A stretch of DNA of 64,000 nt from Catajapyx aquilonaris (GCA_000934665.2 JYFJ02000421.1:62001-126000); one strand, 5' to 3'; positions 39,656 to 52,500 are shown, counted from the stretch's first letter. Notes: generated from the letters alone by a model not told the origin. Made by a program: numbers and translations.

Positions 39656-39760
39656 CTAGGCTTGTATCTGCTGAAGGATAGATCTGTATCCGCTGAAGAA
39701 TAGGTGTGTATTCGCTGAAGGTAAGTCCGTATCCGATGAAGATAGGCCGGTATCCGCAAG
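39656..39760. repeat. ~21-22-bp tandem repeat, ~5 copies, inside foldback element
   Basis: Diverged units approximating ataggtctgtatccgctgaag, followed by (GGTTA/T)-like repeats. Confidence 0.8.
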
Positions 39761-40349
39761 GAAGGAAGGTTATAGGTTATGGGTTATGTTGGTACATTGT
39801 TGGACATTAATCGCGTCATACTGCTTGCGACATTTTGCGGCAGAAGTGCAAATTGAAGTGATTGAGTTTTTGAGTGTGAGCTGTGCGAGTAAGAAGAGGT
39901 AGGCCTTGAGTGACGTCACTGGCTAGGGGGCAAGGGAGAAAAGGCTTGTCCCCAGCCAGTGACGTCACCCAAGGGCTACCATTTCTTACTGGCACGGCTC
40001 GCACTATCACTTCGATTTGCACGTCTGCCGCATTGGAAAATGTCGCTAGCAGTATGACGGAATTAATGTCCAGCACTGTACAACGTGCCCTAGAGTTGAT
40101 CGGACTACACCTCTTGTAGTGCAAACTTTGCTTCTGGAGCGTGGCCGGGAGTATTCTATACTTTGCCGGTTTTCCTTTCGGCATTCTATGTATCTTAATA
40201 CCTAATTAATTACCTATAGCCATTATATTATAAAATGCCTAGGCAAAGTATTAAATAACACAGCGGACATTTCATACTTTGCCTAAAAACGGCAGGCATG
40301 TTATATAATGCCAGCATTTCACACATTGCCGGTAACACATACAGTATTT

Positions 40350-40691
40350 TTTTACGTTACCCCGCCGTGATAAGGCTGAGCCTTTTTAGGGGGGTGTAAT
40401 ACCACCATTTCACTCCATTTTTCTATATTTACTTCATTCACCGGTGCAAGGAGTCAAGGATGTAGGATAGGGATAGGGATTTTTGGGGAAGGAACATTGG
40501 TGCAAGTGCAATGTCGGTAAAGGGGTCATGTGCTGTTCCCCAGGAGGTTAGGTTGCCAGACACCTCCTTGGTGCAGGTCAGAGACCCTCCTGACGCAGGT
40601 GAAAGGAAAGTTCCCCAGGCGGGGATCGAACCTGGGGCCTTTCACTCAGCAAGCCGAGACGTTACCATCTCGGCCATCTACACCTCCCCCG
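40350..40691 (-). mobile_element. SINE family C full-length copy with 12-bp TSD
   Basis: Minus strand: A-box tggccgagatgg, B-box ggttcgatccc (40622-40632), 3' stem-loop cccccctaaaaaggctcagccttatcacggcgggg. TSD catacagtattt at 40338-40349 and 40692-40703. Confidence 0.9.
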
Positions 40692-40708
40692 CATACAGTA
40701 TTTGTAAC

Positions 40709-40947
40709 GGGCGACACGGTGGTGTAGTGGTTTGTGGTTAACGCCACAGCCTTCCACCTCTAAGGTCCAGAGTTCGATCCCCGAGTCGGACGGAGGACAC
40801 ATGTGGTCGATGTGGAAGAGTTTCGAGGGGTTCTCGCCGTGTCTGCGTGGGTTTTCTCGGGGTTCTCCCGTTTCCTCCCACTACCAAAAACTAATCGCAT
40901 GCCATATAGCCTTATAGTTGCTTTGGCACAACCAACAACCAACAGTA
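40709..40947 (+). mobile_element. SINE family B full-length copy (V-domain-type) with 10-bp TSD
   Basis: A-box tggtgtagtgg, B-box gagttcgatccc, central ttctcgccgtgtctgcgtgggttttctcggggttctcccgtttcctcccac resembling the V-SINE conserved domain. 3' hairpin tgcca...tggca plus CAAC repeats. TSD tatttgtaac at 40699-40708 and 40948-40957. Confidence 0.9.
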
Positions 40948-41564
40948 TATTTGTAACTGTGTAAATTTGTTTTGCCTGTTCTGCTTTTCAGTATAATTTT
41001 TCATATTGATAACTGTGCTTACCCTGAAAACGAGTTTAAAGAGAGGAAACAATATTGCTATAGGTGAATGTGGTCCTGATTGTTGCTTTCAATGAGTTAC
41101 ATCTTTGTAAACTGGTTTCTGGGGTGGCGCAACAATTCACCACATTTTCCCTATATGCACATTCCTTCAACTGAAAACTTGGTCCATGTAACAGTCTCTA
41201 TATGGAGGAAATGTTTACCCTGATTATCCATCATTATTCCCAACCTTATTTCGATGAAACCCTATATGGACAACCTTTTCTGGCCCTCTTGTGACTCGTA
41301 TGACCCTTCCCGATTTTTAAATTAAAATTTTAATTACCAAAATGTTCAACCAGGTGCAATGCTTACGTAGATTTGATGTGAATTTCTCCCCTAAAATTTT
41401 CCTACGTTGCTTTATTTTTTTCTTATTTTTTAATTTTATTTCGATTCAATTTTCCCGGACTTCCTCATGCCCCCTAAAAACATGCTGGCGACCCAGGGGT
41501 TGGGAACATGATAAATATTTCGTCCAAATAGAGTCGTACCATTATTTATGAACGGTACTGTACC

Positions 41565-41663
41565 TATATTGCTCAAAAACATAAAGACGATTTTGCATTT
41601 GATTCAAGTGCAGGATGCACTTGAGTCAAATGCAAAATCGTCTCTATGTTTTTGAGCGATATA
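41565..41663. mobile_element. 99-bp near-perfect hairpin MITE
   Basis: tatattgctcaaaaacataaagacgattttgcatttgattcaagtgca-gga-tgcacttgagtcaaatgcaaaatcgtctctatgtttttgagcgatata: 48-bp arms, 3-nt loop, TA ends. Confidence 0.85.
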
Positions 41664-41751
41664 ATACCATCATGTACAGGTTATGAACTGTGTTTGGAAT
41701 GTGTTTGTTACATACGTTACACACATGACTATAGATTAATTTCCAGATATA

Positions 41752-42333
41752 CAGGGTGGTCGGTAAATGGCGGACAAGCTTCAGGTAGCGAGATTCCTTG
41801 TGAAAAATCAGTATATGGAAGTGAAGGTCATATTGCTCTACGAGGCCTGAGTAGGGCTCACGAGGCCTCCAAAGTTTGGGCCAAATCATATGACGTCACA
41901 TCCGCCCGCGAAATTCAAACACTACCGTATCGCTACTGTACGCGGCGTGTTGCTAGGCGTTGCCATGTTGACATCTATCACATGTTCACCAAACAATGGA
42001 ACCGTATAAACTCGCCGGGACGTTGCCAGGAACTCGGCGACGACGATATGGCAATGCCTGGCAACGTCCCAGCCAGTTTATACGGTTCCATTGTTTGGTG
42101 AACATGAGGGGGATGTCAACATGGCAACGCCTAGCAAAACGCCGCGTACAGTAGCGATACGGTAGTGTTTGAATTTCGCGGGCGGATGTGACGTCATGAT
42201 TTGGCCCAAACTTTGGAGGCCTCGTGAGCCCTACTCAGGCCTCGTAGAGCAATATGACCTTCACTTCCATATACTGATTTTTCACAAGGAATCTCGCTAC
42301 CTGAAGCTTGTCCGCCATTTACCGACCACCCTG
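41752..42333. mobile_element. Tc1/mariner-type foldback MITE with ~280-bp near-identical arms
   Basis: TA|cagggtggtcggtaaatggcggacaagc ... gcttgtccgccatttaccgaccaccctg|TA. Arms pair almost throughout with a ~26-nt spacer. Confidence 0.95.
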
Positions 42334-43170
42334 TATAGGTCTACATAACATGCGCACCTATAGGGGTGTATACAGTACGTATGCTTCTCCATGAAAAGGC
42401 AAATCCTATAAAGACACATATTATAATCAGTCCTCAGATTTCATATTCAGCTTGAAGTTCATTTGAGCTATCTTCCGCTTTTTATCAGTTTAAGAAAAAT
42501 GTCCATAACGACTGTCACTTGGACCTTTAAAATTATAGTTACCTATTTGCTTTCCTTATATTTCTAAATTTTAAAAACCAGTGGCAATATTTTGCAGTCA
42601 TATACTGTAGCAGTCTCCCACCATATGATACTGGTAGGTCACCTGACATTTATGTAGCCTTGACCAGCATCAGGTGAGGAACTTGGTCGCCCTACATACG
42701 ACCCTCGCTCATGTCCATCATGTATTATACAACCAAATTCGAACCCAAATTCAAAACCTGGCCATGCATCATACAGTTGATCTCTGCAGATGTGAGTCAA
42801 GCCAGTTTCTTTCAAATATCAGTAGTGATAATACACTTGTAAACACATTTCAATCTGCATGTCAGGCATTTCTGCGAACAGCGTCACTGAGAATGACCTT
42901 GCATGGAAAAGTATAAAGGAAATAGAGAGCTTCTCATTCTAGAATTTAAGACTTCCTCTTATCCGCTGAGAATAATAAAATTATTACCTCGAGCAGCGTA
43001 TAACAGCAGGTAAAATAGAGTTAGCCAGGGATGGAGTTGGATATTTGTGATCATTGTCAGTGTGATGATGTGACATCCTGTGTTTTAGAGCAATATTATA
43101 ACAGCATCAGTGCAGGTGGCAGCTATAGTACTGCCGAAATTTGGGTGACAAAATTAAATTTCCACATATA

Positions 43171-43500
43171 CAGGGTGTTTCAACTTTTTTGTCCGAAGAG
43201 TTATCGGAAAATTGCACGTAGCTGCTACTTTGTAAGCAGTGACTTGCAACCGGTGATTTGTCGGAGGAATGGGGAATGGGGAAAAAGAGGGTCACACATC
43301 CCATGGCATGTGTGACCCTCTTTTTTCCAGGCTTGACCCTTAATTTTCAGCGGGCAGCACGTATGCCACTTCAACCTACGATTTGCAGGCAATATTCCTT
43401 GTTCCTCCGAAAAATCACCGTTTGCAAGTCACTGCTTACAAAGTAGCAGCTACGTGCAATTTTCCGATAACTGTTCGGACAAAAAAGTTGAAACACCCTG
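43171..43500. mobile_element. Tc1/mariner-type MITE with ~100-bp TIRs and internal hairpin
   Basis: TA|cagggtgtttcaactttttt ... aaaaaagttgaaacaccctg|TA. Internal hairpin aaaaagagggtcacacat-cccatggc-atgtgtgaccctcttttt at ~43282-43325. Confidence 0.93.
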
Positions 43501-46500
43501 TATTACGCAGTTTCAATATATTTGATCCATTTTTCAAATATTTCTCAAAGGCCCAATATTATAGTATCAGAGTGAAATATTCACAATATAAAATCTGGCA
43601 ATAGCTGAGATTGATAGGCTACAACAGGCCCTAAAGGACTTCAATTTCTCTATCGGAAACTATAGGCTACCCATCATGGATTACATTCCACAACAATTTC
43701 CACCAAAATGTGACTCCGATCGTTCTACACTTCAAGTCTTCAGATGCATGTTCGATCCCCACCTCGCATCTGTCGCATCATCGCATGACCCACCGGTACA
43801 CCGCCACATAAAACGGCCAGTAATAGAAACCCGACGAACAAGAACTGGACAAATGAGAGAAAAGGGTGTCATTTCCTGCTCCTACCACCATAGTCTTCGA
43901 TCGTAATCATTCAGCCAGTGCGTGCAAGGTCCACATGCAACACGCGTACGGAGTTCCAGACTGAATATTTTTACTACCTTCAGTTTCAATTATATTGGGC
44001 CAGCCAGGCAGGCAGCAGGGGCACACTGTAAAGGAGCAATCAGGCCCTTGCCCTCTTACGATTGTCCTCGTGATAACGTCGCCTGAGCACTCCGGTAATC
44101 ACCCATCGCAGCCACAAAAATCAATCTGACTCTACTAGGCCAGCTGGCAACACTGGGGCCAAGCCAACAATCAGTCTTGCCAGATCAATTGACGCAGGTG
44201 GTGAAAATCAGTACCTCTCTACGATACCCCCCCGACATTAATCTCTGGGGTGGGTAGGCATGAGGGTGGGGTGTTAGAGGGTGCAAGATGTGGCAACCTT
44301 CTGCAGATTCTCGGTATTCCCCACATTGAAGTGGAAGGGAAAAAGAGGGCTATAGTGGCACGCGAAACCTCCCGAATGACAAAGGGTTGGCTATGCACGC
44401 AAGCTCAGGGCATCCGGCAGGGCTAAAATAACTTTATTAATGGAATTCGTCATGAAAGATATTAGGCAGAGAAAACTGCACCGGGGGAAAATTACAGAGC
44501 GGTCATTGCACGGTATTGTCTTATAATCAGACTTTTTTTTTTCAGACCCCTTCTTATACCTTCTTATCTGAACCTAACTTTTTTTATATAGGTAGTTGAC
44601 TTAATTTGGGTTTTAGAAGAGGCAAAAATCAAATAATAAGAAGAAAAAAAAGGCACGTAATGGAATGGACGATTTGGTTGAAATCTTGCCACCGGACGCC
44701 ATTCGTCTTTTCCTTGCTTCGCAGCTAGAGTGTGAGCTATCGTTGCTTTTATCTTCCACCCTCGCGAAATAAATTAATAGAATTCCCTACCGCGGGGATC
44801 ACGCAAGCCTCGTTTAAGCGCACACCGTGCAATTAACAAAGGGGCTAACTCCTGTCCACACATAGTGGTTAAGAGATAACTAGCCCACAACTAATGGCCA
44901 TTGACACGTGCCCGTACAGTCCAACTGATGGGTTCATTTCGAGTCAAAGGACAGTCCAGGCAAAGTGCAATACGGTTGGACACTGGTTGTATCATGGACA
45001 TGGACACCTGGGAACCACGTGATTCTCCATTGCGCAGACTCCTTCAACGGCCACAGGGGGTGCTAGTTGGGACAGCGGTAACTTACCCCCGGGGTAACTA
45101 CTCTGTATAAGTTACCTCTACTGTGCAGGCTAAATCCCAACATAATGGAGGACCATAGTTTTAGTGAGCACTATACTTCAGCGTATCTTTCTCTTAAACA
45201 CAACGGTCTCATGCAAAGGGGAGAAATGGACGTGAAAAATTTATCATGCCATCGTTAATCATACGTGATATTCTGAGAGAGGAAATAAAAACGCCCGCGT
45301 TTATAGCGTGGGCTGCTTCACTTTTCTTCTAAAGCGGGAGCTACATAGCACAATTAATTACCTGTGGGGAGGGGGGTGAGGTAGCCTACAAGGAGGAATC
45401 CTTTCATATATAAACGGGGTTGGGGGAACAATTTCTTCACGAAGAGAGGACACAGGCTAGGCTCGGAGGAGCAGATGAAAAATACCCTGCTATATAATTT
45501 GTCTCTGGGCGATCTTAATTTGTTATCCCCAGGTTGACAATATAATTTAAGACGTTCAAAACAAGCTAAGAGGCAAATCAGTACCCTGCCATTCATCTCG
45601 GGCCGACTGAGCAGGAGAGTAACAAAAAAGTGGAAAAGACATAGAGACAATTATTGCCAGGATTACCACTCTAATCGCCAGTAATTAGAATATTATATTC
45701 CGAGTGGACACGCATCTCATCAACAAAATTGCTGGAAATGAAGATGTTTAATGTAAAATAATACCAGTGTTGTATTTGTTAATTTTTGTAGTGTGAAGTG
45801 AAATTAATATCTTAATTACTTCGTGTACTGCAAGGTAATGATAGCCGATCGTGAATAAGTGAAACCTATACCTGGATTTTATTGTGCCATAATGTTCAAG
45901 ATAACGCCACATATAGTATCACGGAACTCTCGAATCAAATTAATGGCCAATCAGAACCATGCAAAGCTGGGTAGTTTATTTAATGACTTATGCTACAATC
46001 TAAATTAATAATTACGAACCAGTCTTTTCCAAAGCAGCAGTAAGAAATACATAAACGTCAGGTTCCGTAAGACTTATATGAGGTGCTAGGAACTTCAGTC
46101 TTCACCAGGCCTGCGTATCTTTTATTTATAATATTATTCTTTGTAACTATCCTACTGTATTTCGCTACTTAATGCTAGCCAGTACATTATAAATGTATAT
46201 GAGAAATAATGTAACTAAAAACAGTTTTGCAATGCATATTACGTAGACAAGGTACGACTACGCAGCGCATGAAGCAATAAGTGATGCATATAGCCTTGTC
46301 ACAGAAAAATAGTACATTTTACATGCTTGAATACTGTAACGCTGTATAAGTAAGATATTTCACAAGACAATTTGCGTTAGCAGTGATTATGAAAGGCAAT
46401 TAAAATGTCCGAATTAGATATATTATTTTTAAATTTATTTTGCGAGGCTTACTTCTGAATCTTCAGGGTGATGAAAGTGAGCTGGTAAAATATAGGGATA

Positions 46501-49500
46501 CAGGGAAGCGTTACGCAGTGTATTTTCATCAGACAAAATACATTGTAACTTATGCAAGCATTTGGCTCAAAACCAGGTCAATCGAAGTGTTTCATAGAAT
46601 TCAGTAGGTGTTATGAAATTCAATTTGGACTATTATCATTCACATTAGTGAAACACTCTTTCCTTACAAGAAACTACCCCTTGGGAAAATCCAGTATTTT
46701 AATTCACACATGCAGCAGGCCATCTGCATTAATAATTTAATCAAGCATCTCGCAGTAATAAACAGGTCCTTCCAGAAAAAAGAAAGTAAAATTTAAAAGC
46801 CCGAGGATGATCAGATTAAGACCTCCTTTTGCTTTATTACCCAGCATGCAGGAGCTGTCGAGACCAGGTGTCAGAAAAATGCATCCAACACATAGGTACG
46901 TCCACAAATAACCTCGGAAACAGAATACACCGTGACAAAGATCTCTTCAAGAAGCGTGACTCTTTCGGAAAGTCCCCCAGTTCACGACACCACCTTTGAA
47001 AAACAAACTCATTCTGACAGCTCAAGATTCGGACATCATGATAAGTCCGCCATGAACAGTTTGCAATAATAAGGACAAACTCATCAAAACACTGCATGCA
47101 TACCGATCAGAAGGCGTTGCAGCAGTGTTTTGATTTGTAGCAAGTACAACCTCAATAAGGACGTGATCAGCGACAATGGCGCACCCTGGAATAAAGACCA
47201 GGCCCACCAACCAAACAAGAGCAGGTCCGCCATAAATCCATCCCTGCAGGTGGTGCTGAAGAGCCTGTTATAAAACCCGATGCACTGCGTCATTAGGGAG
47301 GCCAACGTGCTCGCCTAAGTATAATTTGCCAAAATTTATTAGTCGGCCTTAAATATGGAGGAGGATCGTCGATCATCATCACGTCACGAAACGCTACGAA
47401 TTAAGATATTTGGTAAGAACATATAAGCTATCGGCTCACCTTGATTGGGGGTATACCTTGGGCACAACAAAGAAGTATACACCAAGTCAGATAGGGGGTG
47501 GATGTGACGAACTGCAACCTACTCCCTCGAGTTGCTTCACATGCAGATGCAATAAGTGCTCTTTATCCTGTTTACATGGTCTGCATAATGCAATAACTAA
47601 TCCTACTACCAGCTCTCCGGGGTAATTTAGAAAACTAAAAGCACAGTTGTGCTAAGCCCAGGCTCGGATCCTACGTGCGGCGCTATCATGTTGCTCAGAT
47701 TATTTTACCCCCTCTCCCCCTATACACACCAGACCCATCTCTAAACACGGCCAGAAAACCCATCGGCAGCTTTTTGTGCCGCAATAAAAGACACGTTCTG
47801 ACTTAACAAGAGGCGAGTGACCCGCAAAACTCCTTCTATTCCAAACGAACGACTGCCTAATATACACCGCCATCATAATCACCGCTTATGAGCTGTAAAT
47901 GTAATAAGCCCTGCATGGCTGTTTTCCCCACACTGTTGTGTATATGCCCTCTGATTTAGAGGGTTGCCGTACATATATACTCGGATTTTACACGCCAACT
48001 GCATGTAGGAGAGCCTAATGAAGGTCATCATGTACTCAAAGGGACTGGGCTAGTGTGCGCTTCCAGTTTACTCCTTTTTTGAGCTGTTAATAGCTTTAGG
48101 CTTATGCAACTATAGTGCTAAAACCGACGTGGCAGGTGCCTAGACAGTATTATTGCCTGTCCTGGAGTTCTGTGGTTTGCAAATAAATTGCTGGTGGTTG
48201 TTTGTGAGTTGACGGCTTAAAAACTGACCAACATAGGGGACTTGGACAACTTTTTTTTTACACATGGTGTTACACTAATATGGCACCAAGCTTTGTCAAC
48301 TGGACATTGTGGCACAGCCTAACTAACAGATATTTTTATTTCTACTCAACCAACTATACCCCACCTGGTAAAATCGGAAATGTGTTTGTATTTTGTACTT
48401 TCATCTAATCAGAAAATGGCACTTTGTTGGCCGAACGTTGAACTGACAAGCGGCCTATTTGGTGATTTTACATTCGACATACGAAATAACACTCGTAATA
48501 ACACTGAAACCTGTGCTATTCAATACAATTGCTGGAAACACAATTTCTCATGTCGACATAAGCAGTACGAGTTATATAGGTAACAAAAACTTTCTGTGCC
48601 ACAACAATGCAAAATTGCATTGTCCATATATCTAAGTACACACTTATCCTTTCTCGTGACACTGCTTTCTCTATGTGGCTATATATTTTACTTAAATTAA
48701 TCCTATTATTGGCCACATTCAACACTTTGTATGTGACTCTAAAATTAGTTAGGCTAATAACCCAAGAGGGCACGGAATGCGGCTTTCCAAGCACCGCAAT
48801 GCGAATAGGATCCATTGTGCCGTGCATTTTCCATTGAGCCAAGTGCAATCAAACCATCAAGAACATGACACCTGTGACGACAACGACACAAGTTTTCCAG
48901 CTAATCTTACTACCGCGTTTCGTTTGCGCATTATCCAGCAACCGCCATGACATATTGGAAATTCCATTTTGAGTGACACCGCATGCACTATACTAGACTA
49001 ATAGTGCTTTCTAACAGGTCCCTTTACAGCAGGGCCATTCCCCTGAACCCCACGGGACCAATGCGATTTAAATATGCAACTGAGATTGTCCCATTGTGTG
49101 CAGTATCGCTAAGGAACGCAAGTAGTTGACGCGCCCAAAATGGCAGCGTTGATTATATGTTCCGATTATAAAAAAATAGCCAACACATCCATGATGAGAG
49201 GGGCCAATAACACCGCGTTAGGCGTGTGTTTTTCGTCTTGGTTCCTTCCGATACCATCGTTCCCACGCCACTTCCCTGCCCCCTGACACCCCAACTTGAA
49301 TTGCCAAAAATGGCCAGGCACCACCCCACCGCTCCCTTATACCATCACCCAACCTTTGACACCTTCAAAGAAGGATTACAATGATGTATATCGGCATCAA
49401 AGCGCCTCTTTTCATGAACTAAACACCTATCTTACACACTGGGGGTTTTTCAGGGATCAGCCGCTTAGACAAATTGTCCTCTCTACCATCATCGCCACTG

Positions 49501-52500
49501 ATCGCAATCAAAAGGATGACACATCAATGGAGACAAATCTTTGTGCTCGCCCTGACAACCTCTGTTTTCCTCCCTGTATAATGACGGTGCACAAATACAA
49601 TAATCCCGAAAGAATAGAGGCTACCAAAACATCAACCCTCCCTCCCTCTCCCACACCCCTCACTGACATCCTATCTCATGTTTACAATAAAACGATCCAT
49701 TTCATCGATGTTAATGTAAGCATTCTATGGCTATTGAGGGGGTTTGAGGGGGGATCAATTAACATTTTGTGGGACCCCAAAAACCGCGTCAGCACACGCC
49801 CTATTGTTGAGCCCTTATCGGGCACACTTTTGCAAACTGGCCTCCGGAAAAGGTTTTTCCCAGCTCCAGGCAGGGTCGTATTCAGTAGGGTTATAGTTCA
49901 ACTAATGCACATTAACACAGCTAATTTGTTTAAAAACCCGTTCTAGGAGGATTATATCTGCTAGGATTTATTACAATATGAAAACGCATGCTAAAAGTAT
50001 CCTGGGTATATGCAACCATCACTACTACAGTAGTTTAAGATAAAGGAAGGTTATGGAAAATAAATGTTATATAGTGCTGGAAAACTCGTTTTGACATGAT
50101 AATGCAACCAACACATTTTCCTACACATTGTGCAGCAACATGATCAAATACAGTAAATGTGATTGTTCTTAACTGCAGTAACCTGAAATTAAAACGCAAC
50201 CTCTGATTATTATAGAGCTGGTGAACGGCAATGTGCAAAAGCCCCGACCCTAAATTTCCTAGGCGATTGAATATAATTGAACTTGGGGCGCAAGTAGATG
50301 ATGGCATGCAAATCTCTCCCGCAAAACTTGTATGAATATTGATGATGATGGAATGCACTAAATTTCAGTTATTGTCGACAATCAGGAAATTATACGCGCC
50401 GACGTTCCACAAATAGTGATTACTCACCAACGCTTGACTTTTCAGCAAGGAAGCAGCCACCATTAATATCCTCATCACGTCATTTTTTGGGGGGCTTCCC
50501 CGAAACATAATTTAACTCGTCATTAATTTGGGGGTCCTTTGTTTTTGTTCTCTCACAGGTGAGCTTAAAATGCAAATCACAAGTTATATTCATGTTTTTA
50601 TTTGTCAAAAACTTGTCCACTTACACAAGCCAAAATGGCTCGTGTTTTACACGCCTGTTCGTGTCAGTATCTGGCAACACTGGTCATTTGATTGGGGGGG
50701 GGGGGGGCNCAGCTTTGGCTACTAGTCTCTCATGCAGCTTGCAGGCAAAGTCCCCCACCCTCACACCACCATCAACTCCTAAAGAATTAAGAAGCCCGGG
50801 CTCTGAGTCGTTTGTCAATTTTTTTATGTTTGCTTTTACCCTTCTTCATTCTGTTTGATGATGAATGATTTGATTAAGAGCCCCAGCGCCTTTTGTTACA
50901 TTGGGTCACGCTTCTAGCTTTGTCGCTCCAAAACTACCGGTCACTCCTTTTTTATTGTTGTTGTTGTATCGCCTACAAGCTCTCATTATTGCTCACGTTT
51001 CCCATCCCCTTCCAACCGGATCCCTCCCCATTATCACTTTTTGGCCACGTGATTCCTTTGTGATGTCACCCTGGCAATCCGGTGTCACAATCCAGTCGAA
51101 GGATTAGAGTCAACAAAGTACTGTCGCATTGTTTCCGAACCTACTTTTACTTCCGGATTAGCTGGTATAACATACCATCTCTGGTCATAAGAAAAGAAGC
51201 CTGCTGTGACAATGCTGGTCGTAAAAAGAAGTGTTTTCGCAATTAAGTCGCCATTAGCCGAGCAATTTATTAGGCGGCGCCAATTATTTTTGCATGAGCT
51301 ACTGCATAATCCCCCAAGTGAGCGCCATATTATTATGACAATAGTAATGATGTACCGTATGCAATTTACATCTAGACGTGCAATTATTGTCAAGAGCTCT
51401 CTTAAGATACGGATCTGCCGCAAAACCTTCTCCGTACGGTAATTACAGGAAACAAGTCTATTAAGCGTACAGGTCGCATTATATTACCATCCTTCTCTTG
51501 CCAAGTCTGGTAATTGATGCGACAGGCATTAGATGTTGACACTGTGTTGTTGGTAAACGAAATAACCAGCCACTTGTACAGGATTAGCGCCTAATTAATG
51601 TGTTTACCAAAGGTTTTACCTTGGACTCTTGGAACAATTGGGGTTAAAAACGGACACAACGGGATTCGAAGGCAAGCTGTGACACTGCATGCGGTGGAGC
51701 AGGTGACCCAACTATTTCGAGGAAAATTCGAATAAATGAGCACTGCTGGGACATGGATGGCCTCAGTGGGGGCCTCTACCAAACAGTGGCACATCCAGGG
51801 TTATATACACAAACCTGTTGGCTTGAACCATCTTGCCCCATGGTAATGGGACTACTCGACCAGTTTCCTTGTCAATTCATGTATCCGGGGCTTGTGCCTG
51901 ATAAACAGGTACAAATGGGGGGCTCTCCAAAATGTGCTGACGGATAGCTTTTTCAATCATCCCTCATTCTCTCTCGTTTTTTGTGTGTTTGTTTGCAAGC
52001 CCGTCATTGCATGATCAATTGTTTTAACCGAGTGGCCGGATCAATAGGTATATGCATCCGGCTTTTTGCAGGTCGCCTAAACACACGATCAAATTGCTGG
52101 GGACTAAACAAGGTAATCAATCGTTGGGATTCGGACGCGATATGTCAAATGTCGCCCACGAATCCCCCCAGTGCGATATGATGGACCCATGAACCACGAC
52201 TTTGGAGGTCTGAGTAAAACTAGGGGGGTGTATAATAAAGCCTGAATGAGTTGGGTGGGAGTGGGTGAGATTTGGAGAGGGGGACAACCTCTAGAGTCAT
52301 GCCACTGCGTCGTGTCTACAAATGAGTAAGCTGCAATTTCCTCTCGTGAGTCTGGGATTAATGATTTATTCATATACAACTCATTAATATTGCATGGATT
52401 AAGGAGCAGAGATGACAGAGGACATGAGTGTGACAATTATGGCGCCACTTACAATTCGGATTGTACAGTAATCAATTTTCGAGCATGCGATAGGAAGATG

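Larger units (their letters stand above)
39125..40337. mobile_element. Large foldback DNA element (TG...CA termini) with nested SINE and internal tandem repeat
   Basis: tgctaccggcaatgtgtgaaat (39125) pairs with atttcacacattgccggtaaca (40337). gaaaaccggcaaa...actcccggccacgct pairs with agcgtggccgggagt...tttgccggttttc. The central palindrome spans 39788-40084, with gtgacgtcactggct / agccagtgacgtcac near the axis. Confidence 0.82.

Noticed and set aside
39656..39760. Possible CRISPR-like array of ~21-bp repeats
   Set aside because: Units are contiguous with no unique spacers, the context is eukaryotic and there are no cas genes.
41485..41511. Isolated transposon-end-like fragments (hAT-like here; TACAGGGTG-like at ~5013 and ~29858; Harbinger-like at ~19590)
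   Set aside because: No matching second terminus or TSD could be located, so they were not called as features.
49296..49946. Longest ORF (216 aa)
   Set aside because: Non-ATG start, no recognisable domain and no clear splice context. An ORF of this length can arise by chance in 64 kb.
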